From assembly GCA_036785375.1 (NCBI GenBank), contig JAWMAR010000038.1, positions 3,596,001-3,660,000 of the forward strand: a DNA stretch of 64,000 bases, written 5' to 3'. Each line of letters opens with the position of its first letter. Positions within the stretch are counted from its first letter, which is position 1. Shown here in pieces: positions 1-12,354 of the stretch. Both the position numbers and the translations under genes were made by a program. The DNA comes from Leucoraja ocellata. Lineage: Eukaryota. Under the pieces are notes generated by a model. That model saw only the letters and a program-made list of their open reading frames with translations, was not told the DNA's origin and did not search any database.

Positions 1-1109
1 CACTGGTTGTTGCATTCTCCGATGCCAGGTGAAGCAGCAGTGGCCTCCAGTGGCTCTAATTGAGCTGTAACTGCTCGGTTTACACACAGAACAATTTCCA
101 ATTCCATTGTAATTGATATTTTCCATAATGCCTTTGAACGGTGTCTATCAAAAACATAGAAAGGAAATGATACGTGCAAAACATATACAGACTTATTCAC
201 AACAGATAAAGTGAATGCGAGGAGCTACCAATCACAATGATCTTTGACCAGTCACAAGACTGTGTGGAATGTTTGGGAAATTGCTTAAAATTGTATTAAA
301 TAGGATTAAATTATAAAGTTTGAACCAGTCAGAAATATCTGGAACAATGAAAGCATTATGAGTCGGGAAGCCGCTAAACTACTGAGTCAACAGAACAGGA
401 AGACACAAGGAACAGCAGATGCTGAAATCCTCAGCAAAACACAAAGTGCTGGAAGCAGGTCAGGCAACATCTGTGGAGGGAATGGACAGGCAATAATTTG
501 GGTCTAAGGGAGGGTCTCGTCCTGAAACATTGTCTGTCCAATCCCTCTACAGATGATGCCTGACTCGTTGAGTTCCTCCAACATTTTGTCTTTTGCAACA
601 GAAGAGGAAGTCCGGCACATTTACACGTCATTGTTGACCATGAGTGTGAAAGGAGAATTATTTCAATTACAGCACGTACGACCGTCATGTGATGTATAAA
701 CACAAAACAACTTTCTGAAATGTTTTTTTTAATAATTTAATTTAGAAATCTAAAGTTACTTGTTTGACTCCAGTTTCTTAAGCTGCACTAACGAATTCTG
801 TATGAGCAAGAAGGCAAACATATTGCTGTCTCGCTGTGTAACTGCATTGTAGAGAGTGTCCATAGATAAAATGTTTTTATGTCTCGATGAGGAAGTGGTT
901 TGCTTTTACACTCCTACTTCCTCAGTTACATGTTAAACCCAGTTATTGTTGGCAATAAACATCTCCCCTAATAACCTGTAGCACATCGCTAAACCTGTGT
1001 CCAAATTTCTTCCCAGAATAGCCTTCGTCCTGAATCAAACTAATTTGGATGGAATAGGAAAGATTCTAAAATCTGTAGCTGAATACAGCTGAGATTTGCA
1101 ATTTAATAG

Positions 1110-1630
1110 GACTTTAGGTAGGCCACGTTTGGAGTATTATGTGCAGTTTCAGTCACCCCAATACAGAAAGAATGTGGAGGCTTTAGAGAGGGTACAGTTT
1201 TACCAGAATGATGCTTGGATTAAAGGATATTGATTGCAAGGAGAGGTTGAACAGACTTGGATTGTTTTCCTAGGAGCTTCAGAGGCTGGGGGAAGATGTG
1301 ATGGAAGTTTATAAAATTATGAGAGGCATAGTTAGGGTAGAGAGTGAGTGGAAATGTTAGAGAATAGAGGGCATAACTTTAAGGTGAGATGGGCAACATT
1401 TAAAGGAGATATACGAGGGAGGGTGGTGGGTGCCTGAAACACGCTGCCAACGGTAGTGGTGGAGCCAGACACAATAGTGGCATTTAAGAGGCTTTTAGAA
1501 AGGCTCATGGATGTGCAGGAAATGGAGGGATGTGGGTCACATACAGACAGAGGAGATTATTTTAATTTGGTATCACATTTGGCACAGACATTGTGGTCTG
1601 TTCCTGTACTGCACTGTTCTATGTTCTATG
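1110..1630 (+). mobile_element. Old CR1 3' remnant
   Basis: Degenerate match to the other CR1 copies; (tgttcta) tail. Confidence 0.7.
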
Positions 1631-2426
1631 TTTGTTTGTTTTGGTAAATGCAATCCTTCCGCCAGTGGGAATCTTTTTTCTGAATGAGACACAGAGAAAG
1701 AACAGTACGTAAAATGTTCTAATTTTTTGATAGACCTGCATTTCCATTTCAATGAGTCTTGGAATTAGATCCATAATTCAGTTATAAATCAGAATTCTCA
1801 AATGTGGGCTCACAAACAATATCACAGATTTCAATTCAATGATTTTTCCCATGCTATAATTATTTCAATTTTCGGGATCTGAACACCGCTGGTGAAGCTA
1901 GCATTTATTGTCCATCCCTAATTGTCCTGAGGAAAGTGTGTGTGATCTTTTATCTTAAACCATCCCAGTCCCTCTGTTGTAGGTACTACCACAGTGATTG
2001 AATACAACAAAGATACAGCATGCAACCAGGCTCTCGAGCCCACCTAGTACACAATGATCATCAATCACCCATTCCCACTAGTTCTAGGTTATCCCACCTT
2101 CTCACCCATTCACTACACATTTGGGCCAATTAACCTACAAACCCGCATATGATTGAGATGTGGAAGGAAACCCATGCGGCCACAGATTGCATGTGTAACT
2201 TCATACAGACAACACCCGAGGACAGGACAGAGTATTATCATTTTCTTTCTTTGTTGTAATAGTGGAATGAGGTGGACATTGGACCATAAAGGGTGTTTAG
2301 TTGAGTTGAGTTTAGAGATACAGCATGGGCATGCATTGCACTGAGACAAGATATGTTGCATGAACTTCACTGATTCCCCATTTTGTAAAGAGATGGCTTT
2401 GACAATCTCCTGTGGAAAATGGGTGA

Positions 2427-2642
<216 letters not shown>

Positions 2643-4382
2643 GGACCCACCCAGCCTGAAAATCAGGACACTCTGAACAGTGATGTTGAGTTTCACCAAC
2701 GTGGGCACATTATTGTCCGCAGAATTTGTAACAAAGCCTGGAAGCTGCAGGGATGTGCATGTGTAAAGAATCTTGTCACCTAATTGGTAATGGAAGCAGA
2801 AGAACTACCTTGAGAAAATAGAGATTCTAAAACAGCTTAGAATGAAACTGTGTAGAGATGTCATCATTTTTTTGCTCCTGCAAAGACCGTAAATTATGAT
2901 TCATAGTTTGATGTCCACAAGTATGACAGTCATTCAAAGAAAGGTAAATACTGAGGAGGATGTATAATTTTATTGGAATTATAATTGTTGTTTCTCAATA
3001 TAATTTTTTATTTAATTTAAATAGACAAGTAAAGCAAACAAACAAGATCTGTGGTGTTGTATTTTGAGATTTGGTTATGTGTTTTTTGCATTAGAGTAGC
3101 GCAGTAATATGCTGGTCTTCGCTTTGACAGCTGGCTTTCATTGAAGAGAAATGTTACTAATAAGATTTTCGCAAATGGAATGTCAATTTCAAGACATAAA
3201 AGCCAGCAGCTTTGCATTTTCTTAGATTCTTCTTAGTATTCCTCTAACACGTGTAAAGTAGTTTAAAATTTCAGATAGTATCGGTCATTCATCAGCGGTG
3301 TTTAGTGATGCTGATATTTGTGGTAGCAACAGAATAATTGCATGGAAGTATTTCAGTCTTTTTCCCTTTCATTGAATTTGTTTAACCGAACTGAAGTGAT
3401 ATTGATATACAAAAGACAAAACGTTAACATCAACCACTAATGAAGCACAGCCAGTTTCTTAATGGCCCTATTTTCTCACTAATGCTTGTGAACACTATGA
3501 GAAATATTTGTCATTTATAAAGATTTCTACCAACTTGCATATTGTAAAATAACAGGTAAAATTTGCATGCGAACAATAGTACATAGACATACATGCCAAT
3601 GTTTGTAAAACAGTATCAATTGTCAAAAAGTAGCTTTTTCAAAAAGCCCTCGACTAAAGAACATTGCAAACACTTCTCTTAATTGATTGGTTGAACAAAA
3701 CATTTTTAAAGACCAAAAAGAGTCCATTCCTGGATGCGGTCTCTCGGTAACGTCTTTTCATACCCACATGAAACTGCGGAAATGGCTTTTGAACAGTGTA
3801 ATATGCAGATGAACAAATAGGTCTCAACTTTGTGAATGATCAAATGATTTTACCTCAGACTATTACACCGCCTTTTAACAAATCTTTTTTATATTTTCAG
3901 ATATGTATTTTTACTCAATTGATAATTTTCTTAGATCTGCATGTGTTTTCATCTGCCACTACACTGGCAAACCAGCCCTCTGCACCATATCCAATTCAAT
4001 ATAAGGAGTGGTTTACCATTGTATTAGACCCACATTAGCACAGAAAAGTAGATCACCATCAACCAACAGCACATCAACCAAATCAGATGCATTGGAAGCA
4101 TTGCAAAGAAAGAATGACATGTATGACTATGGCTTGTTGAATCTAATTTTTATGTACATTTGTGTTCATGGCAGCAGTGAGTTTTAATGCCTGTATGGGA
4201 CAACAGGAATGCTACGTGTGGCAGCAAGAGGAAAGGGATGTGTGAATTATTTTAATGAGAATAATATAAACATATGTATTGTATTTCTGGTTGTAAACCT
4301 TTGTCAGCTTTGTATAAGGAAACTTGAACAAATGATGATGTAGTGCGCATTTCCACACCATGTGAACGATGTATCAGTTTTA

Positions 4383-4388
4383 AATAAA
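4383..4388 (+). promoter_or_regulatory. Candidate polyadenylation signal of GNG2 (3' UTR about 2643-4410)
   Basis: AATAAA at the end of a ~1.7 kb AT-rich stretch after the stop codon with no recognisable repeats. Confidence 0.5.
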
Positions 4389-4744
4389 AACTTTAAAACA
4401 TTTCACTTACATGCATCTTAAACTGCTTAATCATGCATAATATTATCCATTACGATTAATCATTGTGTGAATATTTTAAAAAAAATTCTTAAGTTTTTTC
4501 TTAATTTGCAGGCTGTTCAGGAAAGTCATACGATCAAACAGCTTTGTTTTCACCAGGTGGGAAATTTCCTAAAGACGCCAATGGCAGTCTTTCAATTAAC
4601 AAAGTTTGCAGAATGGATCTTAAATAAAAAGAGAAGCAGTCACTGCATTCCTGTCAGGCCCATCATTGTCTGGTTGTAGAGTAGCAGCAAGCAGAAAGGC
4701 CTTTGTGGGTGTTTGTTAATGATCCACTACGACATGCATGGTAA

Positions 4745-5135
4745 AACATTCGGCCCTTCGAGCCAGCATCGCCATTCAATGTGATCATGGCTGATCATCC
4801 CCAATCAGTACCCCATTCCTGCCTTTTCCCTATATCCCCTGACTCCGTTATCTTTAAGAGTCCTATCCAGCTCTCTCTTGAAAGCATCCAGCGAGCCTGC
4901 CTCCACCGCCCTCTGAGGCTGAGAATTCCACACACACAACTCTCTGTGAGAAAAAGTGTTTCCTCGTCTCCGTTCTAAATGGCTTACCCCTTATTCTTAA
5001 ACTGTGGCCCCTGGTTCTGGACTCCCCCAACATCGGGAACATGTTTCCTGCCTCCAGCGTGTCCAAACCCTTAATAATCTTATATGTTTCAATAAGATTC
5101 CCTCTCATCCTTCTAAACTCTAGAGTGTACAAGTC
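4745..5135 (-). mobile_element. CR1 3' fragment
   Basis: LEFRRMRGNLIETYKIIKGLD...RTRGHSLRI. Confidence 0.85.
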
Positions 5136-6205
5136 TCAGCATTTCGCGAAATCCTTGAAGAGCTGACTGGAGAATTGAGTTCCATTTTCTGAGAGTGGCT
5201 TGAGGGGTACTCTGTGGACAGAGAAGTGGCGAGTGAGTTTTTGAATGACCATGGCTGAGGTTGGGCTACTGAGCAGGTCTATTTCGAACCATCCTGAGTA
5301 GGAATCGACTAGAACTAGGTATTGTTTGCCGTGCCACTCGAAGATGTCGGCCACCACTGTGGACCAGGGTAAGCCCGGTGTGGGATGCGGGAGAAGTGGT
5401 TGTTTAGGTTGGTGCGGAGTCAGCCTGTTGCAAATCGGGCAGATAGTGACTTTCACGCGAATGTAGTCAGCCATGTCAGGCCAGAGGAACAAACCTTTTG
5501 CATGTAGGGTTATTTCTGCAGCCGGATGGCCCCCAAGGACGATACCAAAGTACTTGTTGCCAAGAGACGTCGGGATGACTGGCTTACGTCCTTTCATTAT
5601 AATGCCATCTTGAATGACCAGTTTATCGCGAACAGGGTAAAACGGGCGGATAGGGGGCGGCAGGTGGTGCTGTTTGTCTGGCCAGCCATGGTGGATGACA
5701 GTGGCCAGCGATTGTAGCGTTTCGTCTGCAGCTGTTTGTACCACTAGGATGACTAAACCTGCGGATGGAAGGCAGGAGACCATCATAACCGTGTATCCCT
5801 CGTCATCTGACAGGTGTTTTTCGCAGGTGGGGCGAGGTACCCATGAGAGGGTGTCAGCTAAGTATATGTCCTTGCTGCGTTTGTAGGTTAGTTTGATGTC
5901 ATACCCCTGTAGTTCCATCATCATGCATATTAAACGTGCTGGTACCGTGTGGATCGGTTTACTGAGGATACTGACCAGATCTGATCATCGGTTTTAACCA
6001 TGATCGGGTTGCCAAAGATAAAGTCCTTGAATTTCTTGCAGGCAAAACTTACCGCGAGTAGCTTCTTCTCGATTTGAGCGTAGCGCTGTTCCGTGTCGGT
6101 CATGGTGTGGGAGGCATAGGCAACCGGTCTGGGACCCTTCCCGTCCTCTTGCAGGCAGGCGGCACCCAGTCCATACTGGGAGGCATCACAGGCTAGGGTG
6201 AAAGG
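5136..6205 (-). mobile_element. Ty3/Gypsy pol fragment (RNase H + integrase), frameshifted
   Basis: RNase H motifs CDASQYGLGA...RYAQIEK; zinc-finger remnant (GHP...CPIC); integrase core PWSTVVADIF...VDSYSGW...SENGTQF. No LTRs seen. Confidence 0.88.
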
Positions 6206-7494
6206 CAGAAGGGAGAATAACTTTCCCTGCAGAAATGATAAGACTACTTCAACGTCTGGTCCCACAAACATCACGTGCTGTAATTTTAACTCTTTCTAGT
6301 TTTGCTCATTCAATGGGGACACAAGAAACTGCAGATGCTGCAATCTTCCGCAAACGACAAAGTGCTGGAGTTTGAAGAAGGTTCCCAACCTGAAATGTCA
6401 CCTATCCATGTTCTCCAGAGATGCTGCCTAACTTGCTGAGTTACAAAGCACTGTATGTTTCTTTTAGTAAACCAACGTCTGCAGATCCTTGTTTCTGCTG
6501 AATTAACTCAACGGGTCAGGCAGCATCTCAGGAGGGAATGGACATACCCCGACCATTCCCTACACAGACTCTTCCTAACCTGTTGGTTACTCTGGCACTT
6601 TTGTTTATTGATCATTCAATGCTAGTTTGAGGTCTTCTAGAAAATAAATGATTGCGAGTTTAAAGCAAAAACTGATTTCTTACATTTATACAGAACAATA
6701 GTTTAGTTCTGTATACAACAAAAATGTATTTGTAAAACAAATCATGGATCTGATCTGACTGGCAAATCCTGGTGCTTCTGAATTGTAACAGCAACAATTA
6801 ATCATTTCAATCACAGCATGTGCCAGACTGTGGAAGTTTTCTCTACTGCAGAAGACAAAACTTCATTAACATCAATTGGTGACCAAAACAAAGTGCTGGA
6901 GGAACTCAGCAGGCGAGGAAGCATCTATGGAGGGAGTGGACAGATGATGTTTTGGGTTGGAACCATTCTTCAGACATGATGCCCAGTCACAGTCATAGAA
7001 CACCACCCCCCTTGAGCCTAATTCGTCCATGCCGACAAAAACACCACAACTAAGTTAGTCCCACATTTGGCCCATATCCCTCCAAACCTTTCCTCTCCAA
7101 GTAATGTCCAAATAGCTTTTTGATGTTATTATAATACCTACATTGACGACTTTGTCTGGCAGTATCTTCCATATACCCATCGTATTCTGTGCGAAGAAAT
7201 TGTCACTCACATTCCTATTAAAACGTCCCCTCACACCTTAAACTGATGTCCTCTAACTCTTCATTCCCTTACTCTAGGAAAAATTCTCTGTGCATTCACC
7301 CTTCTATTCCCCTCATGATTTAATACATCACTATTAGGTCACCCCATAGACTCCTGCACTCCGAGCTTGTCTAATCTCCCTCTGTATCTCAGGTAGACAT
7401 AAAATGCTGGAGCAACTCAGCGGCATCTCTGGAGAGAATAGGTGATGTTTCAGGTCGAGACCCTTCTTCAGACTGATGTCAGGGGATACATAGA

Positions 7495-8058
7495 TACATA
7501 GATAATAGGTGCAGGATTAGGTCCTTCGAGCCAGCATCGCCATTCAATGTGATCATGGCTGATCATCCACAATCAGTAGAGCGTTCCTGCCTTCTCCCCA
7601 TATCCCCTGATTCCGCTAGGCCTATGAGCTCTATCTTTTGAATGCATTCAGTGAATCGGCCCCCATTTCCTTCTGAGGCAGAGTATTCCACAAATTCACA
7701 CCCATCTGGGAGAAAATGTTTTTCCTCATCTCAGTTCTAAATGGCCTACCTCTTATTCTTAAACTGTGGTCCCTGGTTCTAGACTCCCCCAACATCGGAA
7801 ACATGTTTCCTGCATCAAGCGTGTCCAATCCCTTAATAATGTTATATGTTTCTATAAGATTCCCTCTCATCCTTCTAAATTCCAGTGAATACAAGCACAG
7901 TCGCTCCATTCTTTCATCATATGACAGTCCTGCCATCCTGGGAATTAACCTCGTGAATCTCAATAGCAAGAATGTCCTTCCTCAAATTAGGAGATCAAAA
8001 CTGCACACAATACTCCAGATGTGGTCTCACCAGGGCCCTGTACAACTGCAGAAGGACC
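7495..8058 (-). mobile_element. CR1 3' fragment
   Basis: RFTRLIPRMAGLSYDERMERLCLYSLEFRRMRG. Confidence 0.85.
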
Positions 8059-8059
8059 T

Positions 8060-9945
8060 GCAGGGGAATGGGTGGGACAGAGATAGAATGTAGTTGGAGA
8101 CAGTAAGACTGGTGGGGGAACTGGGATACAGCGAGAAGGAAAGCAAGGGCTATTTGAAGTTAGCGAAGTCAATGTTCATACCGTTGGGGTGTAAGCTACC
8201 CGTGAAATATGAGCTGCTGTTCCTCTAATTTGCGCTGGGCCTCACTCTGACAATGGAGGAGGCCCAGGACAGAATGGGAGGGGGATTAAAGTGCTCAGCA
8301 ACAGGGAGATCAGTTAGGTTAAGGCGCACTGGGCGAAGGTGTTCAGCGAAACGATCACCGAGCCTGCGCTTGGTCTCGCCGATATACAGTTGACACCTGG
8401 AACAGCAGATATGGTAGATGAGGTTGGAGGAGGTGCAAGTGAACCACTGCCTCACCTGAAAGGACTGTTGGGTCCTTGGATGGAGTCGAGGGGGCAAGTA
8501 AAGGGACAGGTGTTGCATCTCCTGTGGTTGCAGGGGAAAGTACCTGGGGAGGGGGTAGTTTGGGTGGAAAGGGACAAGTTCACCAGGGAGTCGCAGAGGG
8601 AACGGTCTCTGCGGAAAGCAGAAAGGGGTGGAGATGGGAAGATGCCAGTAGTGGGATCCCGTTGGAGATAGCGAAAATGTTGGAGGATTATATGCTGTAT
8701 GTGACGGCTGATGGGGTGGATGGTGAGGACAAAGGGGACTCTGTCCTTGTTAGGAATGGGGGGAGGGGGAGCAAGAATGGAACTCACTATCAAAACATGG
8801 AGGGGACGGGGGACACAATTTTTTGGCGGCAACGCGCGCATGCGCACACTCACACACACACGCGTGAGGCTTCGGAGGCTCAATCCAGTGCTAAAAACGG
8901 CGATTTTAAAATCGGGATGACAAAAACTTGGGGGTTGTCCCCCACCTCTCAAAACATGGAGGGGATGTGTCCCCTTTGGCCCCCCCGGGTTTTCCGCCCC
9001 TGAGGGGGAGCAAGAACAGAGCTGTGGGGTATCGAGGAGGCCCTTGTGAGAGCCTCATCTATAATGAAAGAGGGGAACCCCCCGTTCCTTAAAGAATGAA
9101 GACATCTCCGATGAGCTAGTATGGAAAACCTCATCCTGAGTGCAGATACGGTGTAGACGGAGGAATTGGGAGTAGGGAATAGAGTAGTGGATAAGCAGGG
9201 TGGGAAGAAGTGTAGTCTCGATAGCTATGGGAGTCAGTGGGTTTGTAATAGATGTCGGACAATAGTCTGTCTCCTGTGATCCAGAAACGGTGAGATCCAG
9301 AAAACAGTAGGGAGATGTCGGAGATGGTCCAAGTCAATTTCAGTGCAGGATGGAAATAATCGTAGAGTTGATGAAGTCAGTGAGTTCTGCATGGTTGCAG
9401 GAGGTAGCACCGATGCAGTCGTTAATGTAGTGGAGGTGGAGTTTGGGGGATAGGGCTAGTGTATGCCTGGAACAGTGATTGTTCAACGTACCCTACAAAG
9501 AGGCAGGCATAGCTGGGGGCAATGCAAGTGCCCATAGCTACGCCTTGGATTTGGAGGAAGTGGGAGTAGTCGAAGGAGAAGTTGTTTAGGGTAAGGACCA
9601 GCTTTGCTAGGTGGAAGAGAGTATTAGTAGATGGAAATTGGTTGGTTCTGCGGTGAGGAAGAAACGGAGGGCTTTAAGACCTTCCTGGTGAAGGATGGAG
9701 GTGTAGAGTGACTGGACATCCATAGTAGAGATGAGGGAGTGGAAAACGGAAGTAATTGAAGAGACGAAGTGCATGTAAGGTGTCTTGGACATAGGTAGGG
9801 AGGGATTGGAACAGTGGGAGGCGGTGGGGAACAAGGTGAGGCCTCCGTTGAGGACAGACCGTTCCGTATCAGAAAGGGGAAGGGCAGGGAGGATTGTGAA
9901 CACATGGCAAGGGTGTTGGTTGGGGTCGGAGGAAGGCAGGTCAGT
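8060..9945 (-). mobile_element. Degenerate Penelope-like element (RT + GIY-YIG)
   Basis: Fragments MDVQSLYTSI, QGVAMGT, HYINDCIG, YYKPTDSH and GIY-YIG LIYHICCSRCQLYIGETKRRLGDRFAEH. Interrupted near 8790-9002. Confidence 0.85.
8790..9002. mobile_element. Probable DNA-transposon end (hAT-like) inside the Penelope copy
   Basis: Non-Penelope insert with an internal repeat caaaacatggagggga, ending ...gggttttccgcccctg. Partner TIR not found. Confidence 0.4.
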
Positions 9946-10164
9946 ATCTCAGGCCCTGGCAACATCCTCGTAAATCCTGCCTGCTCTCTTTCCAGCTTAA
10001 TGGCATCTTTCCACAGCAGGGTGACCAAACTGAACACTGGATGTAATTTCTGATGTGCCTCTCAAAACTTATGCCAGGTTAGGCCTTGCACATGTTTCGT
10101 GCTCTTTGATTGCAATGTAGGGTACCTTTTTATTGCAACATTAAAGAAATGGTAAATATCAGAG

Positions 10165-10560
10165 ACATAGAAACATAGAAAATAGGTGTAGGAGTAGGCC
10201 ATTCGGCCCTTGGAGCCTACACCGGCATTCAATATGATCAAGGCTGATCATCCAACTCAGTATCCTGTACCTGCCATCTCTCCATACCCCCTGATACATT
10301 TAGTCACAAGGGCCACATCTAACTACCTCTTAAATATAGCCAATGAACTTGCCTCAACTACCTTCTGTGGGCTAAGAATTCCAGAGATTCACCAGTCTCT
10401 GTGTGAAAAATGTTTTTCTCATCTCGATCCTAAAAGATTTCCCCCTTATCCTTAAACTGTGACCCCTTGTCTGGACTTCCCCAACATCGGGAACAATCTT
10501 CCTGCATCTAGCCTGTCTAACCCCTTAAGAATTTTGTACGTTTCTATAAGATCCCCCTCA
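10165..10560 (-). mobile_element. CR1 3' fragment
   Basis: catagaaa tail (tttctatg on the minus strand) plus CR1 3' sequence. Confidence 0.8.
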
Positions 10561-10758
10561 CCCGTGAAAACGATTAATAATTTCTCCAGAACTTTATCCC
10601 AGGAGGGAAATTGATCAAGTGTGACGTTCTTTATAGAGTTTACATGACAGGAACTAATGAGGAGTTATGACATGGTCTTCATAATCTGTTGGGTAAATGA
10701 TCATATGCTATAAATCTGAATATAAAAGGACCTCTGAACCAACAGAGTAGGGCGGGAA

Positions 10759-11820
10759 GGTACACAAATTGCTGGAGAAACTCAGCGGGGTGCAGCAGCA
10801 TCTATGGAGCGAATGGAAATAGGCGACGTTTCGGGCCGAAACCCTTCTTCAGACTGATGGGGTGGGGGGGGGGGGGGGGAGGAGGAGCCCGAGGGCGGGC
10901 GGATAGGAGGGTGGGAGGAGACAGCTAGAGGTTAAGGAAGGGGAGGAGACAGCAAGGGCTAGCAAAATTGGGAGAATTCAATGTTAATGCCATCCGGACG
11001 CAAGGTCCCTAGGCGGAATATGAGGTGCTGTTCCTCCAATTTCCGCTGTTGCTCACTCTGGCAATGGAGGAGACCCAGGACAGAGAGGTCGGATTGGGAA
11101 TGGGAGGGGGAGTTGAAGTGCTGAGCCACCGGGAGGTCAGGTTGGTTATTGCGGACTGAGCGGAGGTGTTCGGCGAAACATCGCCAACCTACGCTTAGTC
11201 TCCCCGATTGTAAATCAGCTGACACCTAGAGCAGAGGATGCAGTAGATGAGGTTGGAGGAGATGCAGGTGAACCTTTGTCGCACCTGGAACGATTGCTTG
11301 GGTCCTTGAATGGAGTCGAGGGGGGAGGTGAAGGGACAGGTGTTGCATTTCTTTGCGGTTGCAACGGAAAGTACCCGGGGAGGGGGTGGTGGCGGGAGGG
11401 AAGGGAAGAATTGACAAGGGAGTTGCGGAAGGGAGCGGTCTTTGCGGAAGGCAGACATGGGGGGAGATGGGAAGATGTGGGAGTGGTGGGGCCACGTTGG
11501 AGGTGGCGGAAAAGGCGGAGGATTATGTGTTGTATTTGCCGGCTGGTGGGGTGAAAGGTGAGGACCAGAGGGACTCTGCCCTTGTTGCGAGTGCGGGATG
11601 GGGAGAGAGAGCAGTGTTACGGGGTATGGATGAGACCCTGTTGTGAGCTTCATCTATGGTGGCAGAGGGGAATCCCCGTTCCCTGAAGAACGAGGACATT
11701 TCCGATGCCCTGGTATGGAATGTCTCATCCTGGGAACAGATGCGGCGTAGGCGGAGGAGGAATTGGGAGTAGGGATGGAGTCTTTACAGGGGCAGGGTGG
11801 GAAGACGTGTAGTCCAGATT
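10759..11820 (-). mobile_element. 5'-truncated Penelope-like element with 3' pseudo-LTR
   Basis: GIY-YIG region (LIYCILCSRCQL...FAEHLRSVR...LEEQHLIFRLGTLRPDGINIEF) followed by the terminal repeat found many times in the window. Confidence 0.85.
10825..10852 (-). ncRNA. Minimal type I hammerhead ribozyme core in the Penelope pseudo-LTR
   Basis: Minus strand CUGAAGA-A-GGGU(UUCG)GCCC-GAAACGUC. Penelope pLTRs are known to carry minimal hammerheads. Stem I pairing is weak. Confidence 0.6.
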
Positions 11821-11961
11821 AAGTAGGGCGGCCAAGTAGGGCGGGCCAAGTGTAGCGTGATGGGCAGCAGGGCAGGGCGGGCACTGCGACGTCACGCCAG
11901 AGGGGAGGCGCCATGGCGTCACACCCAGGGGCGGCGAGGCGCGTCCGGGGAAAGGCTTAGT

Positions 11962-11998
11962 CAAAGATCTTATAGCAAAATCTGCTATAGGATCTTTG
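11962..11998. mobile_element. 37-bp palindromic micro-MITE, hAT-type
   Basis: CAAAGATCTTATAGC...GCTATAGGATCTTTG flanked by the exact 8-bp TSD GGCTTAGT. Confidence 0.8.
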
Positions 11999-12060
11999 GG
12001 CTTAGTGAGCCGACGGGTGTGCGTTGCGCGGTGACGTCACGCCGGAGGAAATGTCATCAT

Positions 12061-12092
12061 CAAAGATCCTATAGCAGAGCAAAGGATCTTTG
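12061..12092. mobile_element. 32-bp palindromic micro-MITE of the same family
   Basis: CAAAGATCCT...AGGATCTTTG flanked by the exact 8-bp TSD GTCATCAT. Confidence 0.8.
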
Positions 12093-12122
12093 GTCATCAT
12101 GTGCCGCGAGGTGACATACGGC

Positions 12123-12233
12123 CAGGCCGCGTGTGCGGACGTGTTGACGTCAGGCCGCGTGTGCGGACGTGTTGACGTCAGGCCGCGTGTGCAGACGTGT
12201 GACGTCGGGCCGCGTGTGCGGACGTGTTGACGT
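12123..12233. repeat. 28-bp tandem repeat, 4 copies (CAGGCCGCGTGTGCGGACGTGTTGACGT)
   Basis: Units read directly, starting at 12123, 12151, 12179 and 12206. Confidence 0.92.
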
Positions 12234-12293
12234 AGGGCCAGCCAGGCTGGTGAGGCGACGCCGGTTGCGCTGAGTGTGCGTGGACGCTGCAGG

Positions 12294-12354
12294 ATGTTTC
12301 GGAGGAAGCTGGCCGCCTTAGAGTACCACAACAGCGGCGTGTTTGACTGCAAAG
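12294..12354 (+). CDS. RTRAF: RNA transcription, translation and transport factor (C14orf166/CLE), exon 1
   Basis: MFRRKLAALEYHNSGVFDCK+G then donor gtacgg; lies in a CpG island. Confidence 0.95.

Noticed and set aside
12123-12233. Regular 28-bp repeats as a possible CRISPR array
   Set aside because: Units are head-to-tail with no unique spacers, in a vertebrate genome with no cas genes
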